From the human T2T-CHM13v2.0 reference genome, Homo sapiens, in NCBI RefSeq assembly GCF_009914755.1, contig NC_060925.1: a stretch of DNA of 64,000 nt; one strand, 5' to 3'. Below are positions 1-17,167 of this stretch, piece after piece. Numbering within the stretch: position 1 is the stretch's first letter; every line of letters begins with the position of its first letter. The notes beneath the pieces are model-generated. The model saw only the letters and a list, made by a program, of their open reading frames with translations. It searched no databases and was not told the origin of the DNA. The translations under genes were made by a program, and so were the position numbers.

Positions 1-835
1 TTCTAATTTTACCAGTGAAGCCACACAAGTTAAATGGCCTAAACTGTTACAGTTTTCAAATGTTAAGGTTCAGAGCAATGCAAAATACCACCACACTAGG
101 GGAGTAGCCACAAAGAAACTTCATCAGATGAAACAGACTATAAGCATATCTTTCTCACAGGACCAACTTATTCTAACCAAGCTTGCAGAAACATAAACAT
201 ACACATGTGGACTGGGTGTAGTGACTCAAGCCTGTAGTCCCAGCACTTTGGGAGGCTGAAGCAGGAGGATCGCTTGAGCCCAGAAGTTAGAAGTTACATA
301 CAGTGAGCTATGATCACACCACTGCACACCTCTGAACAACAGAGGAAGACCATGTCTCTAAACAAAACAAAACAAAAAATATATGTAGGCCCACAGGTTA
401 GTGTTGTTTCCATTTCTTTACTTTTGGGTTGATTTTTTTGTTTATAACAAGAAATGCAAATGTCTAGCAGACTAGAATGCTCTCATCAGCAGATGAGTAC
501 ATTTTCTCCCTCAGCTAGAGGCCTGGGCATGGTGGCTCACACCTGTAGTTCCAGCACTTTGAGAGGTCGAGGTGGGAGGATCACATGAGCCCAGGAGTGC
601 GAGACAAGCCTGGGCAACATGGCGAAACATGGTCTCTACCAAAAATATAACAATCAGCCAGCATGTGTGCCTGTAGTTCCAGTTACTCAGGAGGCTGAGG
701 TGGAAAGATCACTGGAGCCCCAGAAGTTGAGGCTACAGTGAGCGGTGATCATACCACTGCACTCCAGCCTGGGCGGTAGCGTGAGACTCTGCCTCAAAAA
801 AAAAAAAAAAAAAGAAGGCTGGGCACAGTGGCTCA

Positions 836-1171
<336 letters not shown>

Positions 1172-1842
1172 TTATACGACTCACTCAAATATTTAATGAC
1201 ATCAGACTACACAAATCCCTCTGCAGAGTAAGAATATGTCTGTCTCAGGAAACAGTAAATCACAAACTTATCTCCCAACACACCAGCTACCCAACTCCGC
1301 ATGCTTTAGGTTTCCCTTTCCTATCTTCTGAGCTGACCACCATCCTCCTGTTCACAGACTTCGTCCAAAAGAGGATACGGTAAAATAAGTTAAGATTTCC
1401 ACTCACTAAATTCTTTTTTTTTTTTTAAAGACAGGGTCTTGCTCTGTCACCTAGGTTAGAGTGCAGTTGCATGACCATGGCCCACTGCAGCCTTGACCTC
1501 CCAGGCTCAAGTGATCCTCCCGCTTCAGCCTTCCAAGTACCTGGGATGACAGGTGTGTGCCACCGTACCCAGCTAATTTTTTATTTTACTTTTTGTAGAG
1601 ACGGGATCTACCTATGTTGCCTAGGCTGCTCTCGAACTCCTGGGCTCAAGCAATCCTCTCGCCTCGGCATCCCAAAGTGTTGGGATTACAGGGATGAGCC
1701 ACCGTGCCCACCTTTTTTTTTTTTCAGGTTATCCGTGGAAACTACTCATTAAATTCTGATCATATCAGAACTGTCTCCCTAATATTATTCTTAGAGCACA
1801 CTGATTAGTGATTTTAGCATTCCTCAAATCTTTAGACAATTC

Positions 1843-1907
1843 TTTTTTTTATTTTTACTGCTCCTTGCAGAGCAGGCTACCCAATAGGCAGTGTGCCCAG
1901 AGTAGCC
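1843..1907 (-). mobile_element. Very short retroposed RNA (51-nt body + poly(A)), probably from an ERV1-type LTR R region
   Basis: Minus strand reads GGCTACTCTGGGCACACTGCCTATTGGGTAGCCTGCTCTGCAAGGAGCAGT then AAAAATAAAAAAAA. Degenerate TSD CTTTAGACAATTCTT / CTTCAGGTAATTCTT (12/15 identical). Confidence 0.6.
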
Positions 1908-2583
1908 CTTCAGGTAATTCTTACTAGCAAAAAAATGGCTTTTACTAATTTAACTCTCAGAAAAAAATATTCCCTCCTCTGTAGGTTCTTAGAGGGCACA
2001 TCACATATATCTCCATGTACCAACCACACAAACTTAATGCACAATTGGGACTATAATTTTCTAATATAGCTCAATATACCAATGATACTAAACATTGTAT
2101 AGGCTTCATATTCAACATTCAATCTAAATATCAGTCCAGATATAAAGTTACTCTGAATGGAATTTATGGCAATAGTCCCACTTTAAATAATAACTACAAG
2201 TTTAATGTTGCAGTCATTTTTGGTTAATAAAGCCTAAGAGAACTACATTCTTACAAATACATATTTTATACTGACAGTTGAAGGTAACAGAAAATATGTC
2301 CTAATTAACTTAAAATTGGTTCAAGTTTTCTTTTTAAAAAAAAACTAATTAAAAAAAGACAAGTTTTAATTCTATACCTTGAAATTCCCAGTAGAATAAT
2401 ATATTTTAATCACCCAACACAGAATTTTTTTTTTTTAAGGCAGAGTCTCGCTCTGTTGCCCGGGCTGGAGTGCAGTGGCAATCTCGGCTGGCTGCAACCT
2501 CCGCCTCCCAGGTTCAAGCAATTCTCTTGCCTCAGCCTCCTGGGTAGCTGGGATTACAGGCGTGCACTTACACAACCGGCTAA

Positions 2584-2799
<216 letters not shown>

Positions 2800-2835
2800 T
2801 AGAATTATTCTCTTCTAACTCCCTTGTATTACTGA

Positions 2836-3120
<285 letters not shown>

Positions 3121-3567
3121 TGATCCACCCGCCTCAGCCTCCCAAAATGCTGGGATTACAGGCATGAGCCACCATGCCCAGCTATATACATATTTTAAAC
3201 ATCTATTTCCTGTAATCCTAGCTACTTTGGAAGGCTGAGGTGGGCAACATAGTGAGACCTTATCTCAAATAAATAAATAAATAACTATTCACCACAAAGT
3301 TAGAACTTTTCTCTAATTCAGGGAAACAGAATTCAATAATAATTACTTCTTCCCCTCTCCTCTGGGGGAGCTATAAATCTGCAAAAGATTTTAACAAGTT
3401 TAGGAACTACTAAAATTATCTTTTAAAATGAGATGCACATATAATCATAATATGTGTTCAATAAATAAATATTAGCTGAATTAACTTGAGATGTAAAGTC
3501 ACTGAAGAAATGTCTCTACAAAAGTACAGAACAGATGACTATGGTTTTGTTTGTTTGTCTGTTTTAG

Positions 3568-3786
<219 letters not shown>

Positions 3787-5040
3787 TAGTCTGACTGCTT
3801 GAACTCCTGAGCTCAAGCAATCCACCCGCCTCGACCTCCAAAGTGCTGGGATTACAGGCATGAGCCATCATGCCTGGCCCAGAGGACTTTGTTTTTAATT
3901 GTTTTCAAAAACTTACTGAAAAGGATGGAGCTGTGACTGAAGCAATCCAGCTATTTAGCCTAAGCATGTGCCAACACGCCCAGCTAATTTTTTGTATCTT
4001 TAGTAGAGGTGGGGTTTCACCATGTTGGCCAAGATGGTCTTGATCTCCTGATCTCGTCATCCGCCCGCCTCAGCCTCCCAAAGTGCTGGGATTACAGGCA
4101 TGAGCCACCGTGCCTGGCCTTAAAAAACTTTTTTTAAAAAACATTTTTGAGGTTAATTTTAATTAATTTAATATGTATTTAATAATACATATATAATTTA
4201 CCATCTTCACCATTTTTATGTGTACAGTTCAACGGTAATAAATAAATCTATATTCCATCCTTGCCTTTCCTCTTTCCCTTCTGGCCTCTGGTTAAAATCA
4301 CAAAAATGTAATTGTGAATTTTCCTTTAAAAAGTAAGTTTTACTTATATCCAATATCCAGACTAGGTAAAGAAATAAGAGTGTTCTTTAAATATAAGTAT
4401 GTCTGGAAACCAGCTAGAAGGTATTTAGTATTTTAGTCCTTAGATACAATTAACATACACTGAAATTAATTCCAGATGGGGTCTCTATGTGGACTCCTAT
4501 TGATTACCATCTTAGTAAACCAAGATTAGAAGGATGTATTAAAGGGTTAGAAATAAAATTATTTTTAGAAATCTAAGATTAAAGGTAAAATGTTAATAAT
4601 ACATAAGAAACTGCCGGGCGCAGTGGCTCATGGCTGTAATCCCAACACTTTGGGAGGCCGAGGCAGGTGGATCACGAGGTCAGGAGTTCAAGACCAGCCT
4701 GGCCGAGATGCTGAAACCCCGTCTCTACTAAAAATACAAACAAATTGGCCAGGCGCAGTGGCTCATGCCTATAATCCCAGCACTTTGGGAGGCTGAGGCT
4801 GGTGGATAACCTGAGGTCAGGAGTTCGAAACCAGCCTGGCCAACATGATAAAACCCTGTCTCTACTGAAAATACAAAAATTAGCCGGGCGTGGTGGTGCA
4901 TGCCTGTGGTCCCAGCTACTCAGGAAGCTAAGGCAGGAGAAATCACTTGATTCTCACTTGAACCTGGGAGGCAGAGTTTGCAGTGAACCAAGGTTGCGCC
5001 ACTGTACTCCAGCCTGGGTGACAGAGCGAGACTCTGTCTC

Positions 5041-5079
<39 letters not shown>

Positions 5080-5365
5080 ATATTTTTTTAAAAAAATTAC
5101 CCGGGCGTGGTGGTGGGCACCTCTAATCCCAGCTACTCGAGAGGCTGAGGCAGAGAACTGCTTGAGCCCAGGAGGTGGAGGCTGCAGTACACTGAGATCA
5201 CACCACTGCACTCCAGCCTGGGCAACAGAGAAAGACTTCGTCTCAAAAAAAAAAAAAGAAAGAAAGAAAGAAAATATTCTAGTAATAAAAATATATTGAC
5301 TCTGTGTATTTCCATACAAAGATATGGAAAAACTTCATGAAAAAATATCACTGGTAGCTTTCTAA

Positions 5366-5773
<408 letters not shown>

Positions 5774-6844
5774 AATTAAATGTTCATCTGCAATGCGGTT
5801 ACTTAAACACACATTATGAAGGAAAAAAAACACAACAGGCCAAGAATTACTATAAATATAAGGTTAAGAGAACTAGGGCACAGTCATTATAAACCTTATA
5901 GTTATGACAAAAGTGCTTAATAAAGGCTCCATTAATCTGCAATTCCATCTCACACAATAAAAACTGCTCTCTTTAATCTTCCAAGTATTACAGAGTGCCT
6001 AACATGGAACAATAGTGCTTTACAACAGAACTTCACAAACAAAAATGCAGACAAGAAGATGAAGTGTCATGAAGCTTTTCAATAAAATACCAAACTGCAA
6101 CACAGGACTACTGCATCTTTTCCTTTAAAAAAAAAAAAAAAAAGGAGAAAAAAACTGCTAGCTGTTTTTAATAACATGGCATTCAAAAAACTTTACGTTG
6201 CTGCCAGGTCATTTAATTTTAAATGTCCAGACCTGCAGGAATATATATGTGATGTTGCAAGTCACTAACCTCTATGGGCCTCAATTTCTTCATTCATAAA
6301 GTAAGGGGATTCGTTTGTCTAATTTCTATGATTTCCCTTCAAGTTTTATAATTTGCTTTAACTTACATTTCAATATCAGAAAGTACATATTCTTGGGAAA
6401 CATCAAGAATATATAGAAAATATAAAGTCCGGGATAATCAGAAGCCTGTAATTAATAAAGTCTGTTTAATAAGAAGAAACAAAATAGATTTGCATTAGAT
6501 CACTTAAGCAAACAAACAAAAGAAAAGCTCTTCTAACCAAAGCTCTGTCATGTCTGCTAATCACCTAACATTTGTAACATGGGTGCAGCACGTGCCCCTG
6601 CTTACTGTTGACAGCAGTTCTCAATTTATCAATTACTTTAATTTACCTTCTGGAACTGTGAATGATTTTTGGCCAGAAGAAATAAATTATGTTTAAAGCA
6701 GGTGCAACTTTATATAACTATAAAAAGAAACTAATATAAACTGTATGTTGTATACATGCATAAAATATCTCTGGAAAAAAATATAAGAAATTGGTGATAC
6801 TGGTTGTATCCTAGAAGGAAAACTAGATAAGAATAGAAATGGAA

Positions 6845-6920
6845 TCTGTACAACAAAGCAGCCCTGTAACATGAGTTTACCTATATAACAAACCTGTACA
6901 TGTACCCCTGAACCTAAAAT
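6845..6920 (+). mobile_element. Heavily 5'-truncated primate L1 3' tip
   Basis: TTTACCTATATAACAAACCTGTACATGTACCCCTGAACCTAAAAT, flanked by TSD-like GAATAGAAATGGAA / GAATAGGAATGGGA. Confidence 0.6.
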
Positions 6921-7597
6921 GAATAGGAATGGGAAGATCACTATATACCCTTTTGAATTTTGTACCATGGACAAATATTACCTATTCAAAAAATTAAAAA
7001 TAATAAAACATAAATAACAAATTTACATTTGCAAACTACTAGAAGGAATTAGTAAACTAATGCATATAATGAAGTAATAATATTTCAAAGGAATTTGTAT
7101 TTCTTCCCCATAACCCAAGACCTCTTCTCAGATCTGATTTGAATATCATTTCAATCTTTCTTTCTTTTTTTTTTTTTTTTTTTTTAAGACAGGGTCTTGC
7201 TCTCAACACCAGGCTGAAGTGCAGTGGCACGATCTTAGCTCACTGCAGCCTTGACCACCTGAGCTGAAGAGATCCTCCCGCCTCAGCCTTCCCAGTAATT
7301 GGGACTACAGGCATGCACCACCATACCTGGCTAATTTTTGTGTTTTTTGTAGAGACAGGATTTCACCATGTTGCTCAGGCTGGTCTCCCACTCCTAGGCT
7401 ACAGATATCTGCCAGCCTCAGCCTCCTAAAGTGCTGAGAACGCAGGCATAAGCAACTGCACCTGGCCTCAATCTTTCTTTATGAGACTAAGGACTAAGGT
7501 ATGTGTGTTCTTTCCATATTCAAACCCAGAAATTTTTAAACAAGTATGTTTAAAATTACTGAAGTACTAACAATTCACATGATAAAAACGATTTTCT

Positions 7598-7914
<317 letters not shown>

Positions 7915-8064
7915 TTAAGTCATGTAATGCAGAAAAGGTAAAGAAAAAAAATTGTCAACTTTGACACTAAAAATGTAAAATGTAGACCAGGCATGGTGGC
8001 TCACACCTGTAATCCCAGCACTTTGGGAGGCCAGGTGGGCGGATCACTTGAGGTCAGGAGTTCA

Positions 8065-8442
<378 letters not shown>

Positions 8443-9496
8443 TCATGAGGTCAGGAGTTCAAGACCAGCCTGGCCAAGATGGTGAAACCCCGTCTCTACT
8501 AAAAATACAAAAATTAGCTGGGCACAGTGGCAGGCACCTGTAATCCCAGGTACTCGGGAGGCTGAGGCAGGAGAATCACTTGAACCCAGGGGGGCAGAGG
8601 TGGCAGTGAGTCGAGATCACGCCACTACACTCCAGCTTGGGCGACAGAATGAGACTCTGCCTCAAAAGGAAAAACAAAAACAAAAAAAAGCTAAATGGTT
8701 ATTATCTGGAGCATATAAATAGCATCTTCAAATCAATACCCTCAAAATTCCAGACGAAAAATGAGCAAAAAATATAGACAATTCACAAAAGAACTATGAA
8801 TACCAATATATTTGTGAAAAGATGCTCAACCTCAATAATAGTTTTATAACAAGGTACCAACATGCTCACTTCCACACACAGTAAAATGAGTTACCCATTT
8901 ACGGCCTACCAGTTTTGAAAAAGAAAAAAGAAGACCCGATAATATCTAGTTTTGGCAAGAGTGTGGGCAAATGCCTTCATATACTGTTGTTAAGAATGTA
9001 AACTGGGGACCAGATGTGGTGGCTCATGCCTGTAATCCCAGCACTCTGGGAGGCCAAGGCGGGCAGATCACAAGGTCAGGAGATGGAGACCATTCTGGCC
9101 AACATGGTAAAACCCTGTCTCTACTAAAAACACAAAAATTAGCTGGACGTGATGGCACATGCCTGTAATCCCAGCTACTCAGGAGGCTGAGGCAGGAGAA
9201 TTGCTTGAACCAGGGAGTCGGAGGTTGCAGTGAGCCGAGATCCGTGCCACTGCACTCCAGCCTGGCAACAGAGTGAGACTCTGTGTCAAAAAAATAAAAG
9301 TAAAAGAAGAATGTAAACTGGGACTGACTTTTTGAGAGAATTTGACAGCATGAAATTTTTACCTACAAAAATGTTGGTGAAGCATGATGGCTCATGCCAG
9401 TAATCCCAGTATTTTGGGAGGCCGAAGTGGGTGGATCACCTGAGGTCAGGAGTTTGAGATCAGCCTGACCAACATGGTGAAACCCCATCTCTACTA

Positions 9497-9655
<159 letters not shown>

Positions 9656-9842
9656 TCAAATAAATAAACTTAAATGTAGACTACCCAATTCCAATTCTTA
9701 TAGAAACCTAGCCTGCAAAAATACTTGCAAATAAAAAATGTTCCCTGAAAATTTATTTGTAATAGAGAAAAATTAGAAATAAACTGAACTGTCCTTAATA
9801 GCAGAATTGGTAAATAAATTATGGTAAATTCATACTATAAAA

Positions 9843-10166
9843 CAGGGGTCCCCAACCCCCAGGACACAGACCAATACTGATCCACAGCCTGTTAGGAACT
9901 GAGCTGCACAGCAGGAGGTGAGCTGCAGACAAGGGAGCATTACTGTCTGAGTCCCGCTCCTGTTAGATCAGCAGTGGCATTAGATTCTCATAGGAGCACG
10001 GACCCTACATATGAGGGATCTAAACTGCAGTCTCCTTATGTGAATCTAATGCCTGTTGATCTGAGGTAGAATGGTTTCCACCTCACCCCTGGTCTGTGGA
10101 AAAATTTTCTTCTAGGAAGACAGTAAACCAACCAGTACCTGGTGCCAAAAGGGCTGAGGACTGTTG
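9843..10166 (+). mobile_element. MER1B-like hAT-Charlie DNA transposon
   Basis: Starts CAGGGGTCCCCAACCCCC, contains TTAGATTCTCATAGGAGC, degenerate 3' TIR; 8-bp TSD CTATAAAA / CTATAGAA. Confidence 0.85.
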
Positions 10167-10867
10167 CTATAGAATACTAACACAGTGACGTATATCTATA
10201 TATCCTAAAAAGGAAAAGTGCATCACAGAATAGTACAGCTATCAATAAATATTTGTTGAATGAATGAATATAAACAGGCCCATTTATTTAAAAGGAGAGA
10301 GGCATAATATCTCTGTGTCTAAATAAATATACAAAGGTCTGAGACCGGGCACAGTGGCTCATGCCTATAACCCCAGCACTTGGGAGGCTGAGATCGGAGG
10401 ATAGCTTGAGCTCAGGAGTTCAAGGCAACATGGCGAAACCCTGTCTCTCCAAAAAAAAAAAAAAATTAGCCAGGCGTGGTGGTGCAGGCCTGAGGTCCCA
10501 GCTACTCAGGAGGCTGAGGTGGGAGAATTGTTTGAGTCTGGGTGGTTGAGGCTGCAGTGAGCCAACATTGCACTACTGCACTCCAGCCTGGGCAAAAGAG
10601 TAAGACCCTGTCTCAGAAAAAAAAAAAAAAAAAAACCCCACACACACAAGGTCTGGAATGTTGCATGCCAAACTGTTCAGTGTGATTATCTCTGAAGAAA
10701 GGCATGGGATTGGGATGGAGGGCAGGGATCTAGGAGAAGAAAAGGGTTGAAGGAGACTTTTTTATTTTTTACTCTTTGCAGTTTATCTGAAGAGTTAACA
10801 ACCAATATATATTCATGCATTACTTGTATGTTAATACATGCATTTCTCATATGAATACAATTTTTAA

Positions 10868-11077
<210 letters not shown>

Positions 11078-11183
11078 TAGTCTCGAACTCCCGACCTCAG
11101 GTGATCCACCCACCTCGGTCTCCCAAAATGCTGGGATTACAGGCATGAGCCACTATGCCCAGCCAATTTTTAATTTTGTATCT

Positions 11184-11358
11184 TCTTTTTTTTTTTTTTA
11201 AGAGAAGGAGTCTTACTATGCTACCCAGACTACAGTGTAGTTGCTATTGCCAGGCCTGTTCATAGCACACTACAGCCTCAAACTCCTGCGCTCAAGCAAT
11301 TCTTCTGCCTCAGCCTCTTGAGTAGCTAAGACTATAGACATATGCCAACTTGCCTGGC
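11184..11358 (-). mobile_element. FAM (fossil Alu monomer)-like element
   Basis: Single monomer retaining the 7SL-like segment (GCTATT...CAGGC...CATAGCACACTACAGCCTC) that dimeric Alus lack. Confidence 0.65.
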
Positions 11359-12535
11359 TCAATTTTTAATTTTAAAGCAAAAAAGAACTATGAAAATGAA
11401 AAATATATACATATTAAAGGATTAGATCTCAAAGGTTTTAATCTATAAAGGTACCAACTAAAGTACAATCCCCAAAACAGGATTAACTGCTTTGTTTACA
11501 ATGCAAAAACTACTGGGTACTATTTTAGGATCTTACATTCATTGTCTAATCGATCCTTACAAAAACCATTCTTCACCAGAAGATAGCTTCTAGATCCCTT
11601 CCCACTCCCGTCATCCTCCTCTAAATATCTGTTAATCCCCCTCCTAAAGAACCCAAAATAGGCCAGGCGCGGTGGCTCACATCTGTAATCCCAGCACTAT
11701 AGGAGCCTGAGGCAGGTGGATCACAAAGTCAGGAGATCCAGACCATCCTGGCCAACATGGTGAAATCCCGTCTCTACTAAAAATACAAAAATTAGCCGGG
11801 CTTGGTAGCGTGCGCCTGTAGTCCCAGGAGGAGGTGAAGGTTGCAGTGAGCCGAGATGGCACCACTGCACTACAGCCTGGGCGACTGAGCAAGACTCCGT
11901 CTCAAAAAAAAAAAAAAAAACATAGTCCAGGCGCGGTGGCTCACACCTGTAATCTCACCACTTTGGAAGGCCGAGGCAAGCGGATCACGGGGTCAGCAGA
12001 TCGAGACCATCCTGGCTAACACGGTGAAACCCCGTCTCTACTAACAATACAAAAAATTAGCTGGGCGTGGTGGCAGGCGCCTGTAGTCCCAGCTACTCAG
12101 GAGGCCGAGGCAGGAGAATGGCGTGAACCCCGGGGCGGAGCTTGCAGTGAGCCGAGATCATGCCACTGCACTACAGCCTGGGGCGACAGAGTGAGACTCC
12201 ATCTCAAAATAAATAAATAAATAAATAATAAAGCACAACACTCCAGGTGTGGTCTGATCAAGAACTATATACAGTGAAACTAACAATTCCCATCATCTAG
12301 GCTCTTTACAATGAATACACCTAAAATTTCTTTATATCATCATCTATTTGTGAAATGCTGTTTTTGCACTTCCCGGAATTTCATTTCCAAAGCTCTTCTT
12401 AAAGTTTCAAAGAAAATCGCCAGGTGCGGTGGCTCACGCCTGTAATCCCAGCACTTTGGGAGGCCGAGGCAGGCAGATCACCTGAGGTTGGGAGTTCAAG
12501 ACCAGCCTGACCAACATGGAGAAACCCCGTCTCTA

Positions 12536-12742
<207 letters not shown>

Positions 12743-12833
12743 TCACGCTTGTAATCCCAGCACTTTGGGAGGCCGAGGTGGGCAGATCACGAGGTCAGGA
12801 GATCGAGACCACAGTGAAACCCTGTCTCTACTA

Positions 12834-13040
<207 letters not shown>

Positions 13041-14200
13041 TCAAAAGATTTTATAAAAGGTTCCATTTTCTTTTTCATCACAACAACAAGAGTCACAAAA
13101 CATGGTACTTAGCCATAGGAAAAAAACATTATTTGAGTTACATATGTCAAGCATACTACATAACTAGTAATTATAAATAGTATAAAATTTTTATGTCTTT
13201 TTGCTTGTAGTACTATTTTTTTCTATCTTTCTTTCTTTCTCTCTCTTTGAGACTGGGTCTCACTGTCTCCCAGGCTGGTAGAGCCTTGTCCACCCAGGCT
13301 CAAGTGATTCTCTCACCTCAGCCTCCCCAGTAGCTAGGACCACAGGTGTGCACCACCACACTCAGCTAGCATTTTTTTTTTAATTGTTTGTAGACATGAG
13401 GTCTCACTATGTTGCCCAGGCTGGTCTCAAACGTCTGGGCTCAAGCAATCCTCCCACCTCATCCTCCCAAAATGCTCGCATTACAGGTATGAGCCACCTC
13501 GCCCAGCCCAGTACTATTTCTCAGTTAAAACAGGATGTTGACTTGTAAAATGAGAACAAGCTCCTAGCAGAGTGGCAAGCATGCAACTGGTGCTCAATAA
13601 ATGTAAATTCCTTCCCTTCAGAGCTCCTAGCCTTGGTAAGGACAATGTGTCAAAAGGACTGCTAATGAATTGCTGCGGGAGAGCTACTGTGCTGTGAAGT
13701 ATAAAAATTTACTTTGGAATAAGCTTACTTATTTTTGAAAATATTTCAGTAATTTAAAAAATATCGAGCCAGGTGCAGTGGCTCATGCCTGTAATCCCAG
13801 CACTTTGGGAAGCCAAGGCGGGCAGGTCACTTGAGTCTAGGAGTTCAACACCAGCCTGGGCAACATGGCAAAACCCTATCTCTACAAAAAATACAAAAAT
13901 TAGCCAGGTGTGGTGGCAAGCACCTGTAGTCCTAGCTACTCGGGAGGCTGAGGTAGGAGGATCACTTGAGCCCAGGAGTTTGAGGCTGCAGTGGGCTATC
14001 ATCATGCCACTGTACTGCAGCCTGAACGATAAAGTGAGACCCTGTCTCAAAAAATAAATAAACAGGCCAGGTGCAGTGGCTCACGCCTGTAATCACAACA
14101 CTTTGGGAGGCCGAACTGGGTGGATCACTTGAGGTCAGGCATTCAAGACCAGCCTGGCCAACATGGTGAAACCCTGTCTCTACTAAAAATACAAAAATTA

Positions 14201-14410
<210 letters not shown>

Positions 14411-14603
14411 TTATGTTAAACATACTATATGAAGAAACTCCTACTTGTGATAATATTCATCTGAAGCCATTTAAACAGGAGAAGTTCAGGTGGGTAATGA
14501 GTGATGAGCATTTACTATGTATTAACAACATGCTACAAACTGGGATACAATGATCGAGCTATTACAGTGAATAAGACTATAGAACACAAAAGAAAGGTTT
14601 TAA

Positions 14604-14931
<328 letters not shown>

Positions 14932-15186
14932 TAAACCCTTTTTTAAGGATATCTTTTCACTTGAACAGAAACAAACTCAACATAGAGAAAAATTAGTTGA
15001 AATATGCAAGCTTTGGCTATTCGGTGTAATAGTCTCAAAACTGAAGTATCCTCAGGTGTGGGCCAGCATTGGATTTGGAGTCTGAAGACCTGGGTTCAAG
15101 TCTTCTGTTCAAAAATAATATACAGGGTCAGGCACGGTGGCTCAAGCTTGTAATCCCAACATTGCGAGCCCAAGGCGGGTGGATCA

Positions 15187-15506
<320 letters not shown>

Positions 15507-17167
15507 TTACAGAATGAGAAATCAGTCAATGTTAAGCTTAGCAGCTCTTACAAGAATGCAATCAGTAGCAAAAGAAAGCTTAAATACAGGTAATCTGATT
15601 TTTCAGCTTACTGATCTACTAAGGAAAACTGCACATCTTTTCATAACTAAAGCGTTTCTGAAACTGCAGCATACATTAAGCATTTCATATGCCGCCCATT
15701 AAATAACTAATATATTCTATTTCACAAACAGGAAAAGAGGTTGAACACCATTATGTAAGTAGTAACATAGGATAGTACCCCTGTTCTCTTATGACACATT
15801 CTTAACAGTACTGGTTTTTAAGGCGAGGGAGAAAAGAACCAGGAAGTGGACCAGTGGGAGATAAACACAGGTTAAAATCCCGTCCAAAAAAAAAAAAAAA
15901 TTTACATCTTCATAATGGCATCCAAATTCAAGTGTTTGGGTTTTGGCTTTTTTACCTAACAATATACTGTTGTGACTTGACTTTTCCATTACCGTGTAAT
16001 AATGTTTCTTTCCTATTGGAAGCAATCTCTCCTAATCTCCCAAACCTAAAGTAGAATTATTCATTTCATCTTCTTCCTAAATGAGACCTCGACAATATGC
16101 CATATAAAGGAAAATGGGCTCTTAGGCGTTTCTCCTTCTTAGTAAAATGCCAATGCAACATATGCCAACACTGGAGACAAAAAAATTCTACTTGAATTTA
16201 CTGTGAAAAAAAGATTTATAGCATTTTTTAAACCTACATGTTCATTTCTGTGCCATTAACTTTTTGAGGCATTCTACAGAGTCTCCAACAAAGAGAGAAT
16301 TAAGTATTAGGATCACAACCTACGAATCTGGGTGGAACAAAGACTTCTCCTTTCATTATGCAGAGAAAACCAAGTTGCCAAAAAAAAAAAACGGTCCCCT
16401 CAGATACCATGCACGGTTACTAACTGCACGTCTGGGTACAGAGAAGGAAAAATCATCTGGTCAAAAGCCCAAATGCCGCCCCGGCCTACCCTCGCCCCCC
16501 GCCCCCGCCCCCTTTGCCCATGGCCTCGCCCCAGAGCTAGAGTTCCAATATTTTTCTCCCCAATAAAGGGAAGCGGTTTAACCCTTTGAGTTCCACAACC
16601 TTGCGTTCTTCTACGCAGGCGCCCCTCCAGCGCAATCCCAGTTCTAAATCGAGTCGCTGCCCCTTTCCGCGACCACACCCAGATCCCCAAAGGCCTGCTC
16701 CCATCCCGACCATTGATGTGAGAAAGGCCAAAACCGGCCCCAGCGGGGCTCCCAGCCCCGCCGCTCCCTCTCTTCCTCCGGGCCAAGGCGTGCCCAGAAA
16801 GGGACGCGAGCGCGCCCCTCAGTTCTCGCACGGGCTCGACCAAGGGGCGAGGAAGGAAGAATCGGCGCAGCGGCGAGATGGGCACGAACCTCGCGCTCAC
16901 TTGCTGCTCAGTGCCAGGGCGAGGGGCGTCGCTCTGCCCCCAGAATCCAACTGGTAATGTGGGAAAGGTGTGGTCCAGGACCGGTGACCTCGAACCGGGG
17001 CCCAGCAGTTCGCAGATCCTCACCCCGCGATGCTGGGGCCTCACCCACGACCCCAGCCCCCTCCCAGTCGGCACCCAAGCCCACTAAAGACCCCTCTCCG
17101 GGGCCGCAAACACAGTCCTCGGGGCCGCCCGGTCGGAGCCGTGTCAGGTGGTGACAGGAGGCGACGG

